Notes under the pieces: generated by a model | Told to the model about the DNA's origin: nothing | Seen by the model: the letters and a program-made list of their open reading frames with translations, nothing else | Database searches by the model: none | From: a virus | Taxonomy: Duplodnaviria; Caudoviricetes | DNA: 64,000 nucleotides | IMG/VR virus record: IMGVR_UViG_2700988923_000001 | Span: 5,865-69,864 of that record | Strand: one strand, 5' to 3' | Translations under genes and position numbers: made by a program | Shown here: piece after piece, positions 38,835 through 48,606 of the stretch | Layout of the letters: each line of letters begins with the position of its first letter | How positions within the stretch are numbered: the stretch's first letter is position 1

Positions 38835-38893
38835 CGTGGCTGATCCTTTCAGGGGTTGGTTCCGAGGTAGAGAACGGAACGGGAGGGTGGGAC

Positions 38894-40279
38894 TTACAGG
38901 TTGCTCGCGACCGCAGCCGCGAACTCTCCCAGGTCGTCGTCCCAGACGTCCTGGTAGGTCTCGTACACCGCCTGGCCTTCATCGGCGGTGGTGATGCGGG
39001 TCAGGGCGACCCTCGCCTCAGCGAGCCGCAACCCGTCGTCCGACGGCATCGGCAGCGCGTGGATGCCCGCGACGCTCTTGCCGTTCTTGGCAGCCTTGCG
39101 CCGGTCGCGGGTCTCAATCGAGGTGATCATGGTCTCCGCGCCCCAGGTCAGGTCCATCGTGACGGCCTGGCCGCGCTCGGGCTGATCGGACGGGATGTGC
39201 ATCAGGACGGCGAACGCGGGCCGGTCGTCATCCTCCTCGTCATCGGGGTGCGGCACACCGTAGAGCTTGGGCATCGGCTCCCAGCCGGAGCCGTCGAGGT
39301 TGAGCATCTTCGTCGCCCACCCGTAGACCGCGAGCTGCACGGCGTAGCTGAGCCAGCTGTACTGCAGCGACTTGGACGTTTTGACATCGCCCAGGATCAG
39401 GTCGCCGGTCGTCGCGATCTTGTAAATGCGGTCGATCTGGCCGGTGACGGTCTCCTCGCCGAGATCGTTCATCACGATGCGCTCGACGTACTCGGGCACC
39501 GCGATCAACCCGAACCCCTTGAGGATGTCCTGGTAGCGGTCGACGTACGGGCGGAACATCTCAGGCACGTCGGAGTAGAGCACCTGCCCGAGGTCGATGG
39601 CTTCCAGCCAGGCGTGGACGGCGGTCCCCAGCTCGGCGGAGTCCTTGCCGCCCTGCAGGTTGTCGAGCACGTCGAGCGCCTTGTCCAGCGGGCCGACCGT
39701 CGGCTCATCGAGCGCCGCCACGATCGCGTCGAGCGCTTCGCCCGCCGTGACCTTGAACCGCTCCGACAGCATCGCGTCGCGGTCCATCTGGCAGACCTTG
39801 AGCACGCGCAGCGCGGTCTCCCGGCGCTTCCACTTCCACAGCCCCACAACGTCGTCCAGCGTGTCGGCGACGGTTGTGGCCCGAGTGAATCCGGTCGGGC
39901 GGTTGGTCTGCGGGGCGGGCAGGAGGTACTGCTTCCAGCCGTTGAACTTGGGCTTGTAGCGGGGCGGCTCCGGCGGCAGCGGGTACCCCTCCCACTCAGT
40001 CTGTCGGCCCATGATCTCGCCCGTGTCGTCAATCGCGGTCACTGCTGTCTCCTCATCGTGGTTGATTGCGGCTGGCTCGCTGCCCGCCTCGCGAACGTTC
40101 GGCATCTCCGAGGGGTCTTGTACCGGCGGCAGCGGCTCCGGCGCGCCTGCGGCGAAATAGGACGGGTCAGCGTAGGTCGGGTTCGACGTCCACCCGGCCT
40201 GGTCGCCCTTCCCGCCCCGGTACCATACGGTGCCGTTGGTATCGCGCCGGGCCGGAAACATCTGCGCGACCGTCGTCAC
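38894..40279 (-). CDS. PD-(D/E)XK (Cas4/RecB-like) exonuclease
   Basis: GTAVHAWLE...E..GQIDR...GDVKT...QLAVY. Confidence 0.8.
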   Translation of the reverse strand: MTTVAQMFPARRDTNGTVWYRGGKGDQAGWTSNPTYADPSYFAAGAPEPLPPVQDPSEMPNVREAGSEPAAINHDEETAVTAIDDTGEIMGRQTEWEGYPLPPEPPRYKPKFNGWKQYLLPAPQTNRPTGFTRATTVADTLDDVVGLWKWKRRETALRVLKVCQMDRDAMLSERFKVTAGEALDAIVAALDEPTVGPLDKALDVLDNLQGGKDSAELGTAVHAWLEAIDLGQVLYSDVPEMFRPYVDRYQDILKGFGLIAVPEYVERIVMNDLGEETVTGQIDRIYKIATTGDLILGDVKTSKSLQYSWLSYAVQLAVYGWATKMLNLDGSGWEPMPKLYGVPHPDDEEDDDRPAFAVLMHIPSDQPERGQAVTMDLTWGAETMITSIETRDRRKAAKNGKSVAGIHALPMPSDDGLRLAEARVALTRITTADEGQAVYETYQDVWDDDLGEFAAAVASNL

Positions 40280-41970
40280 CGCTCGATCCCGCCGTCCAGA
40301 ACGCGGCTCGCGAGCTTGACGCTGATCTCGTCGCTCAGTCGGGCCTTCGTCATGTCGGCGTACCCGACGATGCCGAGCTGTCGGGCGAATCGCTGCTGAG
40401 CCTCGCTCGGCGGCTGGTTCCGACGCCACGAGGCGCTGCGGTCGGGCAGCTGCTGGTCGGTCTCGACAATCCAGACCTCGGCACCTTCCAGCGCCGTCGG
40501 CAGGTCGACATACTCGGGTTCCTCGGCGATGTAGCGACCGGAGCCAGTGACCCATCCGCCGACGCGGGTGCGGTAGTTGATCTGGCCGATGGCCCAGGTG
40601 GTGCGCTCGTCGCCGGTCGGGCGAATCCCGTCCTTGGGCCAGACGAACACGATCTCGTTGCCGCCCATGAGCGAGATGAACGGCACGCCCGCCGGGGTCT
40701 CCAACCACAGGGTCGTGTCGTTGGCGAGGAGGTCGATGGTCACCATGTCGACCGGACCCTGCCGCACGATCTTGGTCACCGCGTCGTCAAGGTCGCCGTC
40801 GAGCGAATCGTCCAACGGGGCGTCGAGGATTTCGAGGCCATCCTCATCGACCGCCTTGGTCTCCGCGCCGGGAAGCAGCTGCGTGAGGTTGACCAGCTTC
40901 ATCGTCCGCGCCGACCCGGCAAGGTCGAGTACCAGCGCGTCGGCCTTGCCGGGATACAGGCGGAGCGCCCGACCGACCATCTGCGAGTACAGGTTGCGCG
41001 AGCGGGTCGGGCGGGCGAGCACCACGGTGTCGCACATCGGGAAGTCAGCGCCCTCGGTCAACACCTGCACGGTCACGAGCGCCCGGCAGTCGCCGGAGCG
41101 GAACGCTTCGTACAGCGGCAGCCGGTCGTCGTAGTTGATCGCCCCGGTCACCGCGACCGCCGGGAAGTCGGCATCGGTCAGCGCGTCGGCGATGTGGTGG
41201 GCGGCGTCGACCGAGGCGGCGAAGATGATCGGGGTGCGGTCGGCGGCGTGCAGCTTGATCGCGTCGACCACGTACTGCGTCGCGGCCTCCATGACCTCGG
41301 CGAGGTCGCCCTGGTGGAAGTCGCCCGCGACCGTCCGCACATCATCGAGCGCGTCGAGGCCTTTGATCTTCACGGTCAGGCCGCGCGGCTTGACCAGGAA
41401 TCCCTTGCGGATGGCCCACGCGATGTCCTTCTCGTAGGCGATGTTCTCGATGACGTCGCCGAGGCCGATGACCCCGCGCTCGTTGCGGTACATCGTCGCG
41501 GTGAATCCGGCCATCAGGGCGTCGTCGTACCCGCCCAGCTCACGGAACGTCGTGTGGAACCCCTCGGCTCCGGCGTGGTGCACCTCATCCCAGAGGATCA
41601 CGTGACGCTTGCCCAAGGCCTTGCGGCGGTGGGCGGTGGCGAGGGTCTGCAGCGTCGCGAACACGACGTCGGCATGGCTGTCGTCGGTCTCGGCGCGAAC
41701 GATGCCGGTCTTGTCGGCGTAGTGGGGCGCGACGGCGATGAAGTCACGTCGCATCTGATCGAGCAGTTCGCCCCGGTGAGCGAGGGCGATGACGCGCTGA
41801 TCGCGATCGAGGGCGCGACGGGCGACCTCGCCGATGACGGTGGATTTGCCGGAGCCGGTCGGCAGGACCACGCCTGTGCGGCGGGTGCCGTCTGCCCACT
41901 TGGCCTCTACGGCGTCGGCGGCTGCGGTCTGATAGTCCCGCAACTCGCGGGGTGCGGCGGAGGCGGTCAT
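40276..41970 (-). CDS. SF2 DNA helicase
   Basis: LRDYQ, PTGSGKS, DEVHH, TAT, EGADFP, QMVGRALR. Confidence 0.93.
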   Translation of the reverse strand: MTASAAPRELRDYQTAAADAVEAKWADGTRRTGVVLPTGSGKSTVIGEVARRALDRDQRVIALAHRGELLDQMRRDFIAVAPHYADKTGIVRAETDDSHADVVFATLQTLATAHRRKALGKRHVILWDEVHHAGAEGFHTTFRELGGYDDALMAGFTATMYRNERGVIGLGDVIENIAYEKDIAWAIRKGFLVKPRGLTVKIKGLDALDDVRTVAGDFHQGDLAEVMEAATQYVVDAIKLHAADRTPIIFAASVDAAHHIADALTDADFPAVAVTGAINYDDRLPLYEAFRSGDCRALVTVQVLTEGADFPMCDTVVLARPTRSRNLYSQMVGRALRLYPGKADALVLDLAGSARTMKLVNLTQLLPGAETKAVDEDGLEILDAPLDDSLDGDLDDAVTKIVRQGPVDMVTIDLLANDTTLWLETPAGVPFISLMGGNEIVFVWPKDGIRPTGDERTTWAIGQINYRTRVGGWVTGSGRYIAEEPEYVDLPTALEGAEVWIVETDQQLPDRSASWRRNQPPSEAQQRFARQLGIVGYADMTKARLSDEISVKLASRVLDGGIER

Positions 41971-42020
41971 TGGGATCCGATCTGAGGCTGAGAGTGGAGC
42001 TGAGTCTGAGGTTGAGAGGC

Positions 42021-42079
42021 GCGGGCCGGGGTCGCCGACCCGCGATCTCAGTTATACCCGACGACGGCGGGAAAGTCTA
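42021..42079 (-). promoter_or_regulatory. Repeated promoter cassette, copy 3 (variant hairpin)
   Basis: TAGACT-N17-TATAAC; GCGGG..CCCGC stem downstream. Confidence 0.65.
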
Positions 42080-42241
42080 GGGCCATCGTCGCGTGACCGA
42101 AACGGTCATCTCGTTGCGCCGGGCGGAGCGGTAGGCCTTGATCACCTGCCAGACCGAATCGCCCTCATAGAGCAGCTGGTCGTGGTAGCCGTCGGGGGTC
42201 TCGTCTCGACCCTCGACGCGCCAACTCGCGTTCCGGCTCAC
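42077..42241 (-). CDS. Small hypothetical protein (54 aa)
   Basis: Not in track; GTGA overlap; MSRNASWRVEGRDETPDGYHDQLLYEG...; TAG stop overlaps the -35. Confidence 0.55.
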   Translation of the reverse strand: MSRNASWRVEGRDETPDGYHDQLLYEGDSVWQVIKAYRSARRNEMTVSVTRRWP

Positions 42242-42651
42242 GGTGCCAGCCACCCCGGCTCATCCCAGAGCGGCTGGTTCGGTGCGCCGGGCGCATCGCT
42301 CACCGGGTAGGTCTCAATGCCGTTGGACACCATCGGCTGAAAGTACCCCGGCGAGTAATCGCACGAGCTGTAGTACATCCCGCCGTAGCAGCTCGATCGC
42401 CCGTTGACCCAGTGGGCCGGGGTGTAGAACTCGCGGTACCGGGTCCAACTGCCGTCAGCCGCGCGGGCGGTGTCGCAGATCGTGCGCTTGGTGCCCTTGA
42501 ACGGCCAGATGCCGCTCGTGGTCTGGCAGACGGTCCCCGGCGGATTAGCCGAGGCCTTCGGGGCAGTGCACTGAGCCGCCCCGAGCGCGATCAGGACCGA
42601 GACGGCGGCGGTGATCGCGAGCTTGGCGGGTACCGATTCCCTGATCCTCAT
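42238..42651 (-). CDS. Secreted protein, CDGP-like domain
   Basis: Signal peptide; RTICD..ADGSWTR..ETYPV. Confidence 0.65.
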   Translation of the reverse strand: MRIRESVPAKLAITAAVSVLIALGAAQCTAPKASANPPGTVCQTTSGIWPFKGTKRTICDTARAADGSWTRYREFYTPAHWVNGRSSCYGGMYYSSCDYSPGYFQPMVSNGIETYPVSDAPGAPNQPLWDEPGWLAP

Positions 42652-43109
42652 TTGTCGACCCGCCCACCTGCAGCAGCGGCCAGCTGGAACAGCTGAGTGA
42701 GCCGGTCGTAGCCGACCAGCTTCAACTCGTTCGCGCTGATCGTCTCGCCCGTGTGCGCCTTGAGCATCGCCACCAGCCCGGCGAGATCGCCGAGGTTGCG
42801 GACGTGGTACCCCTCCGGCTTGTCGCCGTTCGGCTCGCCGACCGGGACGAAGAACTGCACGTACCCGCTCGACGTGTTCATCAGCCGGTTGGCCTCGCGG
42901 TTGGTGGGCGGGGTGTCGTTCTTGATGCACCGCGACAGGTAGTTCCGCAAGGCGGCGACCCGATCGCGGTTGTCATCCCACCACTTGGCGCGGTGATTGG
43001 CCTGGTGAGCATCGGTCTGACGCTTCCACTCAGCGACCGCATCATCGTGCAGCTTGATCACCGACTCGGCAGCGTCGATGAGCGACTGCGTTTTGAACGT
43101 GACGGACAT
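42648..43109 (-). CDS. Hypothetical protein
   Basis: 153 aa, CAACCACGAGGAG RBS. Confidence 0.7.
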   Translation of the reverse strand: MSVTFKTQSLIDAAESVIKLHDDAVAEWKRQTDAHQANHRAKWWDDNRDRVAALRNYLSRCIKNDTPPTNREANRLMNTSSGYVQFFVPVGEPNGDKPEGYHVRNLGDLAGLVAMLKAHTGETISANELKLVGYDRLTQLFQLAAAAGGRVDK

Positions 43110-43139
43110 GGTTTCTCCTCGTGGTTGTAGCGACGCCGG

Positions 43140-46058
43140 TCAGTCGGCGTCGTTGATCTCGGCTGCAGCGAGCAGCCGGGCCTGGGCAGCGTCGTTGACG
43201 CTGGGGATGTAGCGCGAGCCGGACGGGGTGCCGGTCAACGTCTCGATCAGCTGGTACCGCAGCGACTTGTCGACCGCCTCGGCGATGCGCTGCTTCCAGT
43301 AGGGTCCGACGTCGTTGCGCGACTGGGCGTAGTTGTCGGGCCGGATCGCCATGACCAGCTCGCCGCGAGTGACACCTTGCTGCGGGAAGCGGTCGACGTA
43401 CTCGCGAATCCGAATCGCCGTCTCCACCAGCGGCTCCGGCACAGGCCGCGCCATCACGACCTCGCCCTGCATCGGGTCGATAGCGCAGTTGGGGCCGGTG
43501 ATGACCGGAGCCTTGATGTCGGTGCCGGGTTCGAGCACGGACAGGTCGAGCATCATCAGCGGAATCGCATCCTCCAACTGCTCGATGTTCTTCTGCTTCG
43601 TGGTCCAGACCTCGATCGCCTTGCCCGGCAGCCGACCATTCGCGTCGAGCAGCTGGTCATATGCCCACCTCGCCTCGCGCACCACCAGCTCGGAGTCGAG
43701 CGCCCCGTTGAGGGCGGAGCTGCCGCGTGCGACCTCGGGCGCGCCCTTGGACGTGTGGTGGACGACGCAGACCCCGGCGTTGGTGTGATCCTTGAGCTTG
43801 TCGAACCGGCGCACCGCCTTGCCGACATCGGTCGCCGAGTTCTCCTCAAGGCCGGACGACATGCGCGCGAACGTGTCGAAAATGACCAGACCGATCTCCT
43901 GCCGGACGATGTAGGCGGCGATGTCGCCCCACGCCTCGTTGGTCGCCTGCACGAGGATAATGCCGTTGCCGAGCAGCAGGTTGTCGTCCAACTCGATGCC
44001 GTGCGCGGCCTCCCACGCCCGAAGGCGCTGCACCGCTCCGGCGAGGCCTTCCCCCGGCAGGTAGAGCACCTTGGTCTTGAGGGTTTTGCGGCCCTGCCAG
44101 CGCTTGCCGGTCGCGATGTGGCAGGCCATGTCGAGCGCGATGCTCGACTTGCCCATGCCGGGCGCGCCGATGATGCAGCTCAGCCCGCCGTGCTCGATCA
44201 GACCGTCGATGATGAACTCAGGCGGCGGCATATCGCGCCAGTGGGAGAACGGGGCGATGCGCGGCACGCCGTTGTGCTTGGAGTCGAACACGTCGGGGTC
44301 CGACTCCTCGACCTCATCGGGGTACGGGCTGTCGGCCTTGGCGACCTTGCCGAAGTCGGCGGGCAGCGCATCCACGCTCAGGTCGACCGGCGCGGGCGGA
44401 GCAGCGGGTTCCGGCGCGGTGGCGCTCGGTGAGCTGGCAGTTTCCTCGGGCGCGGCGTTCGCGCCGACCATGTGCCCGCCGTCGTCATCCGCGTGCCACA
44501 GGTTGCCCTCGTCATCCTCGGCCACCGTGTCGTCGCCGTACAGCGCGATCCACTCGCCGCACGAGCAGAACCGCTGCGTCTCGCCGCAGTGGACGCACGC
44601 CCGGTCGCCGGGGTAGCTCGCGACCGGCGTCCACTCGTGGGTGCAGGCCTCCTGCTGCGCGGCGGTCGCCATCGCCTCCTCGGCCTCGGCGCGCTGCTCC
44701 GGCGTCATCCGGTCGAGCACGGTCGGTGCCTCGGGCATCTCGAAATCGCCGTCGCCGGTCATACCGTGATCGGGGTCGGGCTGACGCGGGGTGATGTCGG
44801 GGTCGACCTCGGTGCCGGTGGGGGTGAGGTCGAGCGCGTCCATCGCCGCCCCGACCTTGCCGCCGAAGCTGGTCAGCGCGACCGCCTGCAGCTTGGAGAT
44901 GGTCGAGGTGCCCTTGTCCTTGACCCACTGGTCGAACGGCTCCGCCGGATTGTCGGTCCAGATGTGCAACGGGGCGTTGACCTCGGTGTAGCGCCCGGCG
45001 GTGCAGCCTGCGCCGTGGGCGGTCGCCGACTTGGGGCTGGCGTGTACGCCCGGCGCGGTCCACACCTCGCACCCGCACGAGTCGGCGCGCGGAGCCGGGG
45101 TCCACCCGAGCGGTTCCAAGATCGCGGCCCACGGGGTCTGCTCGGCCCACTGGTCGATCGCGGTCGCCAGCTCGGGGTTGGAGGCCTCGGCGTTGCGCTC
45201 GGCGCGTTCGGCGCGCAGCGTCCCGGCCTCGATGATCTTGTCGGCCAGCCAGTCGGGCAGCTCGTAGTCCCGGCCCACCAGCTCGTACGCGCCCTCGGGC
45301 CGGGTCGACGGCGGGATCAACACGTACCGGCGGTCCCAGAGCACGGCGAAACCATCGTCGCCGCCCCACGTCATCGCGCCGAGGTTGCGCGGCAGCACCG
45401 GCCAGAGCTTGTCCGGCACGGTGAAGTAGAAGTGCCCGCCGTCGGCGTGTGCCCATGTGCTCGGGTCGTCGGGGTCCGCGCCCTCGCCCTGGTGCCCCGG
45501 CGTCACGACGGTCGGCGGGGGCAGCGTGTCGTCGTCGGGGTCGAGGTCGTTCGCCTCGAACCAGCGCCGCACCTGACCGGCGGTGTCGCAGTCGACCACG
45601 ACCAGTCCTGATGCGCCGACCTCGACCGCGAGGTTCACGGCAGCCGGTTCGGCCATCGCGATCTCGCCCGCGTCGAGCCGTTTCTTGTTGTAGGCGACCT
45701 GCTGCCCGTGGTCGCCGTCCGGCGTCACCTCGACCCACGTCGAGAACAGCTCGATATAGCGCTTGAGGTAGCGGTCGAGGATGGTCTTGTTGTCGGTGGC
45801 GAGGGCGAGACCGGCGGGCGACTTGATCGTCTGCCAGTCGCGGCGTCCGGCCTCGCGCGCAGCCTCTTGAGCAGCGGCGTCATCCTTCTTTCGAGCCTGG
45901 GGCGTGCGGAGGTCGGCGGGCACCTTGGAGTCGGGGTAGATGAACAACAGGTGGAGGCCGATGTCGGCAGCCTGGCGGATGAACGCGCGCACGGCCTCGT
46001 GGTCGCGGTTGTCGACGCCGGAGCCGAGCACGGCCTGCAGAGGGGTGGAGCCGAGCAT
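43140..46058 (-). CDS. Primase-polymerase / RecA-like AAA helicase fusion
   Basis: LVVVDCD..GGHFYF..YVLIPPS prim-pol; GAPGMGKS, VIFDT, VHH helicase motifs. Confidence 0.88.
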   Translation of the reverse strand: MLGSTPLQAVLGSGVDNRDHEAVRAFIRQAADIGLHLLFIYPDSKVPADLRTPQARKKDDAAAQEAAREAGRRDWQTIKSPAGLALATDNKTILDRYLKRYIELFSTWVEVTPDGDHGQQVAYNKKRLDAGEIAMAEPAAVNLAVEVGASGLVVVDCDTAGQVRRWFEANDLDPDDDTLPPPTVVTPGHQGEGADPDDPSTWAHADGGHFYFTVPDKLWPVLPRNLGAMTWGGDDGFAVLWDRRYVLIPPSTRPEGAYELVGRDYELPDWLADKIIEAGTLRAERAERNAEASNPELATAIDQWAEQTPWAAILEPLGWTPAPRADSCGCEVWTAPGVHASPKSATAHGAGCTAGRYTEVNAPLHIWTDNPAEPFDQWVKDKGTSTISKLQAVALTSFGGKVGAAMDALDLTPTGTEVDPDITPRQPDPDHGMTGDGDFEMPEAPTVLDRMTPEQRAEAEEAMATAAQQEACTHEWTPVASYPGDRACVHCGETQRFCSCGEWIALYGDDTVAEDDEGNLWHADDDGGHMVGANAAPEETASSPSATAPEPAAPPAPVDLSVDALPADFGKVAKADSPYPDEVEESDPDVFDSKHNGVPRIAPFSHWRDMPPPEFIIDGLIEHGGLSCIIGAPGMGKSSIALDMACHIATGKRWQGRKTLKTKVLYLPGEGLAGAVQRLRAWEAAHGIELDDNLLLGNGIILVQATNEAWGDIAAYIVRQEIGLVIFDTFARMSSGLEENSATDVGKAVRRFDKLKDHTNAGVCVVHHTSKGAPEVARGSSALNGALDSELVVREARWAYDQLLDANGRLPGKAIEVWTTKQKNIEQLEDAIPLMMLDLSVLEPGTDIKAPVITGPNCAIDPMQGEVVMARPVPEPLVETAIRIREYVDRFPQQGVTRGELVMAIRPDNYAQSRNDVGPYWKQRIAEAVDKSLRYQLIETLTGTPSGSRYIPSVNDAAQARLLAAAEINDAD

Positions 46059-46091
46059 GGGGTGTATTCCCTTCGTGGTTGTGGTTGTAGG

Positions 46092-46775
46092 TCAGGCCTG
46101 GCGACGACGGTTGATGCCCGCGCCGAGGGCGAGGTACGCCGTCGCGTCGGTCCAGCTGTCGTCGTGGTCGGGGGTGTTGTTGAGGCGGGCGACCTTGATC
46201 AGCGCGGACATGATCGCGACTTGCTCGGCGGTGATGCGGGCGTCGAGCTGCAAGATGGGCCGGAGCACGACCGTCCACAGGTCAGCGATGTCGGTGAAGT
46301 TATCGGTCGCGTCGCCGTAGTCCGCGTTGCGCGGGCCGGTGAACAGGTCGATGGCCTCTTGAGCGACTTGGGCGGCGTAGACGCCGGTCGCCTCCGGTTT
46401 GGCCTGATCGAGCACGTAGTGGTAGGTCGGGCAGGTGATGTGGATACGTCGGCCCGGCTCGACCTCGGCGTTGAGCTCGGTCGACATGATCGGTTGGCCG
46501 CACTTGCCGCACGTTCTGTCGGTCGGGAACGGCACCCGGTCCCGATCGTGGACCGGGCACGGTTCGCCGTCTGTGCAGCTGCAGAACTCGCGCTCGACCC
46601 GGCGCTGCTCGGCGTCGGCGATGGCGTGACCCATTGCATGTTCGGAGTCGGGCATCGGGGTCTCCTCGTCGGGGGTGTGATACCAGCGGTGGACAGGGCA
46701 TTTGCGGTTGTAGTCGGCAACGGGGTTCGGGTTGCAGGTGCACTCGCTCGGGGTGCCCGGCGGCAGAACAGGCAT
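46092..46775 (-). CDS. Cys-rich protein with C-terminal DUF6378-like domain
   Basis: RNADYG..NF..IA.LW..KVAR..DSWTD..Y. Confidence 0.65.
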   Translation of the reverse strand: MPVLPPGTPSECTCNPNPVADYNRKCPVHRWYHTPDEETPMPDSEHAMGHAIADAEQRRVEREFCSCTDGEPCPVHDRDRVPFPTDRTCGKCGQPIMSTELNAEVEPGRRIHITCPTYHYVLDQAKPEATGVYAAQVAQEAIDLFTGPRNADYGDATDNFTDIADLWTVVLRPILQLDARITAEQVAIMSALIKVARLNNTPDHDDSWTDATAYLALGAGINRRRQA

Positions 46776-46779
46776 CGTC

Positions 46780-48606
46780 TCAGACCTTCGCCCAGGCATG
46801 GCCCATATCGGCGCGGTCGGTGCGCAAGATCGGGACGCGCTGCGCCCACTCGACCAGGAACGGCGGCGGGGTCATCATGATGCGCTGCACCTCCTCGGCG
46901 ACCCCGGTGTCCACCACGACCTCATCGTGCATCGCGAGGTGCAGCGAGTCGCCGAGGCCTTGGCGTTCCATCTCGACAATCGTGTGCGCGAGCACGTCGT
47001 ACGCCGACCCCTGAATGCAGTAGTTGACGGCCTTGTACTCGAACCCGGCGTCGATCGGGAGGATGCGCCCGGCGGCGGTGATCGTGACGCCGGTCTGTGT
47101 CGCGACGTCCATCACCCGGCTCATCCACGCCTCGCACCGCTTCATCGCGTTGAACATCTGCCGCCTGATCTGCATCGCCGACTCCTCGGTGTGCTTGATC
47201 TTGCGGGCGAGGTTCGCGATGCCCAGGCCGTACATCGTCGCCAGCAGCACGATCTTGGCGATGTCGCGCCCGGCCTTGGTCATCGGCAGGCCGCACGATC
47301 TCTGGATCGGCTCATAGAGGTCGTCGCCGCGCTCGTAGCTCTCCACGAACTCGACGTCGCGGGCCATCGCCGCCATCGTCACCGGCTCGATCTGCGACCA
47401 GTCGATGGAGGTGAGGCCTTGGCCGTCGTCGCAGATGACGGGGCGCGCCTCCGCCGGGAACTGCTGCAGCTCCGGCAGCCCGTAGCTCATCCGGCCCGTC
47501 GCCGAGGCTCCGAGCACGCCGACCTGCGGGTGGCAGCGCCCGGTCACCGAGGCCTGGCGGTCCACCTTGTCGAGGTAACCCATGACCTTCTCGATGGTCG
47601 CGAGCTTGCGCTGCGCGGCGGCGAGCGGATGGTCCAGACCGTCGAGGTTGGCCTTGTCGGACTTGAGCTTGCCCCTCGGGGTACGCGGCCACGGGTCGGG
47701 CAGCTCGCCGCGCTCGAACAGGTACTCGACCAGCTTCGCGCCCTTCCCGGCTCCGCCTTCCAGGCCGTGCACGGCCAGCTCCGCGATCGCCAGGTTGCGC
47801 TCGACGTCGACCTGCTCGGCGTAGCGGTCCAGGTACTCGCGGTCGACGTTGAGACCGAGCGCGGAGCGGCGAAGCATGACGCGGTGGGTCGTCTCCTGCA
47901 CCCCGAGCTGCGCCTGAGCCTCGGCGGGGGTGTTGGCCCCGAACCCGGCGAACGGATGGTCCATCGCCCACTCGGTGCACATCCCTCGCAGCATCGGTTC
48001 CAGCTGCAGCGTGACCACGGTGTCGCCCATCGCGCCCTGCCGATAGATCGGCGAGCCGATGTCGAGGCCTTCGTACCCGGCCTGAATCGTTTTGTAGCCG
48101 GAGGCCTTGAACGCGCGCTCCATGCCGCCCTTGAAGTCGCTGTAGCCGAGCACGCGGATAGCGAGCGCTTCCAGGTTCTTGCGAATCATCGTGTCCGGCA
48201 GCGAGAACCGCGCCAGCAGCAGCGTATCCACGACGCGGTTGATCGTGTCGAGCGCGATCAGACCCGCGTGGTGCAGCGGCGGGATGTCGAACGGGGCGTT
48301 GTGCAGGATCAGGTGGCTGGCCCGGCCCAGCAAGGCCTCCGCGATGTCGTGGTGGTGGGCGTCGCGGGCCGGGTCGAGCAAGATCGCCTCGCACCGCCCG
48401 TCGGGCCGGTGCCACGCCGCCGTCAGGCAGTTGATCGTGAAAGCGTTGTCGAGGCCGGGGGTCTCGATGTCGATCGCGAGCGGAGCGTCCATCGGGAACT
48501 GACCGGCGGCGTGCTGGGCTTCCAGCCCGGTGCTCAGGTATGAGCCGAGCACCGGGTCGAACGACCGGCGGTTGGGGACGCGAGGCCGCGTGATCGTCGC
48601 GGTCAC
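46780..48606 (-). CDS. DNA polymerase, family A (3'-5' exo + polymerase)
   Basis: DIET, HNAPFD, ATGRMS, DWSQIE, KIVLLATMYG, MHDE. Confidence 0.92.
   Translation of the reverse strand: MTATITRPRVPNRRSFDPVLGSYLSTGLEAQHAAGQFPMDAPLAIDIETPGLDNAFTINCLTAAWHRPDGRCEAILLDPARDAHHHDIAEALLGRASHLILHNAPFDIPPLHHAGLIALDTINRVVDTLLLARFSLPDTMIRKNLEALAIRVLGYSDFKGGMERAFKASGYKTIQAGYEGLDIGSPIYRQGAMGDTVVTLQLEPMLRGMCTEWAMDHPFAGFGANTPAEAQAQLGVQETTHRVMLRRSALGLNVDREYLDRYAEQVDVERNLAIAELAVHGLEGGAGKGAKLVEYLFERGELPDPWPRTPRGKLKSDKANLDGLDHPLAAAQRKLATIEKVMGYLDKVDRQASVTGRCHPQVGVLGASATGRMSYGLPELQQFPAEARPVICDDGQGLTSIDWSQIEPVTMAAMARDVEFVESYERGDDLYEPIQRSCGLPMTKAGRDIAKIVLLATMYGLGIANLARKIKHTEESAMQIRRQMFNAMKRCEAWMSRVMDVATQTGVTITAAGRILPIDAGFEYKAVNYCIQGSAYDVLAHTIVEMERQGLGDSLHLAMHDEVVVDTGVAEEVQRIMMTPPPFLVEWAQRVPILRTDRADMGHAWAKV

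Noticed and set aside
38894-40279. Cas4-like nuclease as a sign of a CRISPR system
   Set aside because: No repeat-spacer array or other cas genes; it sits in a replication operon as a stand-alone phage exonuclease.
41978-42015. Short (C)TGAG repeats upstream of the helicase
   Set aside because: Too short and irregular to support a function; probably a low-complexity leader.
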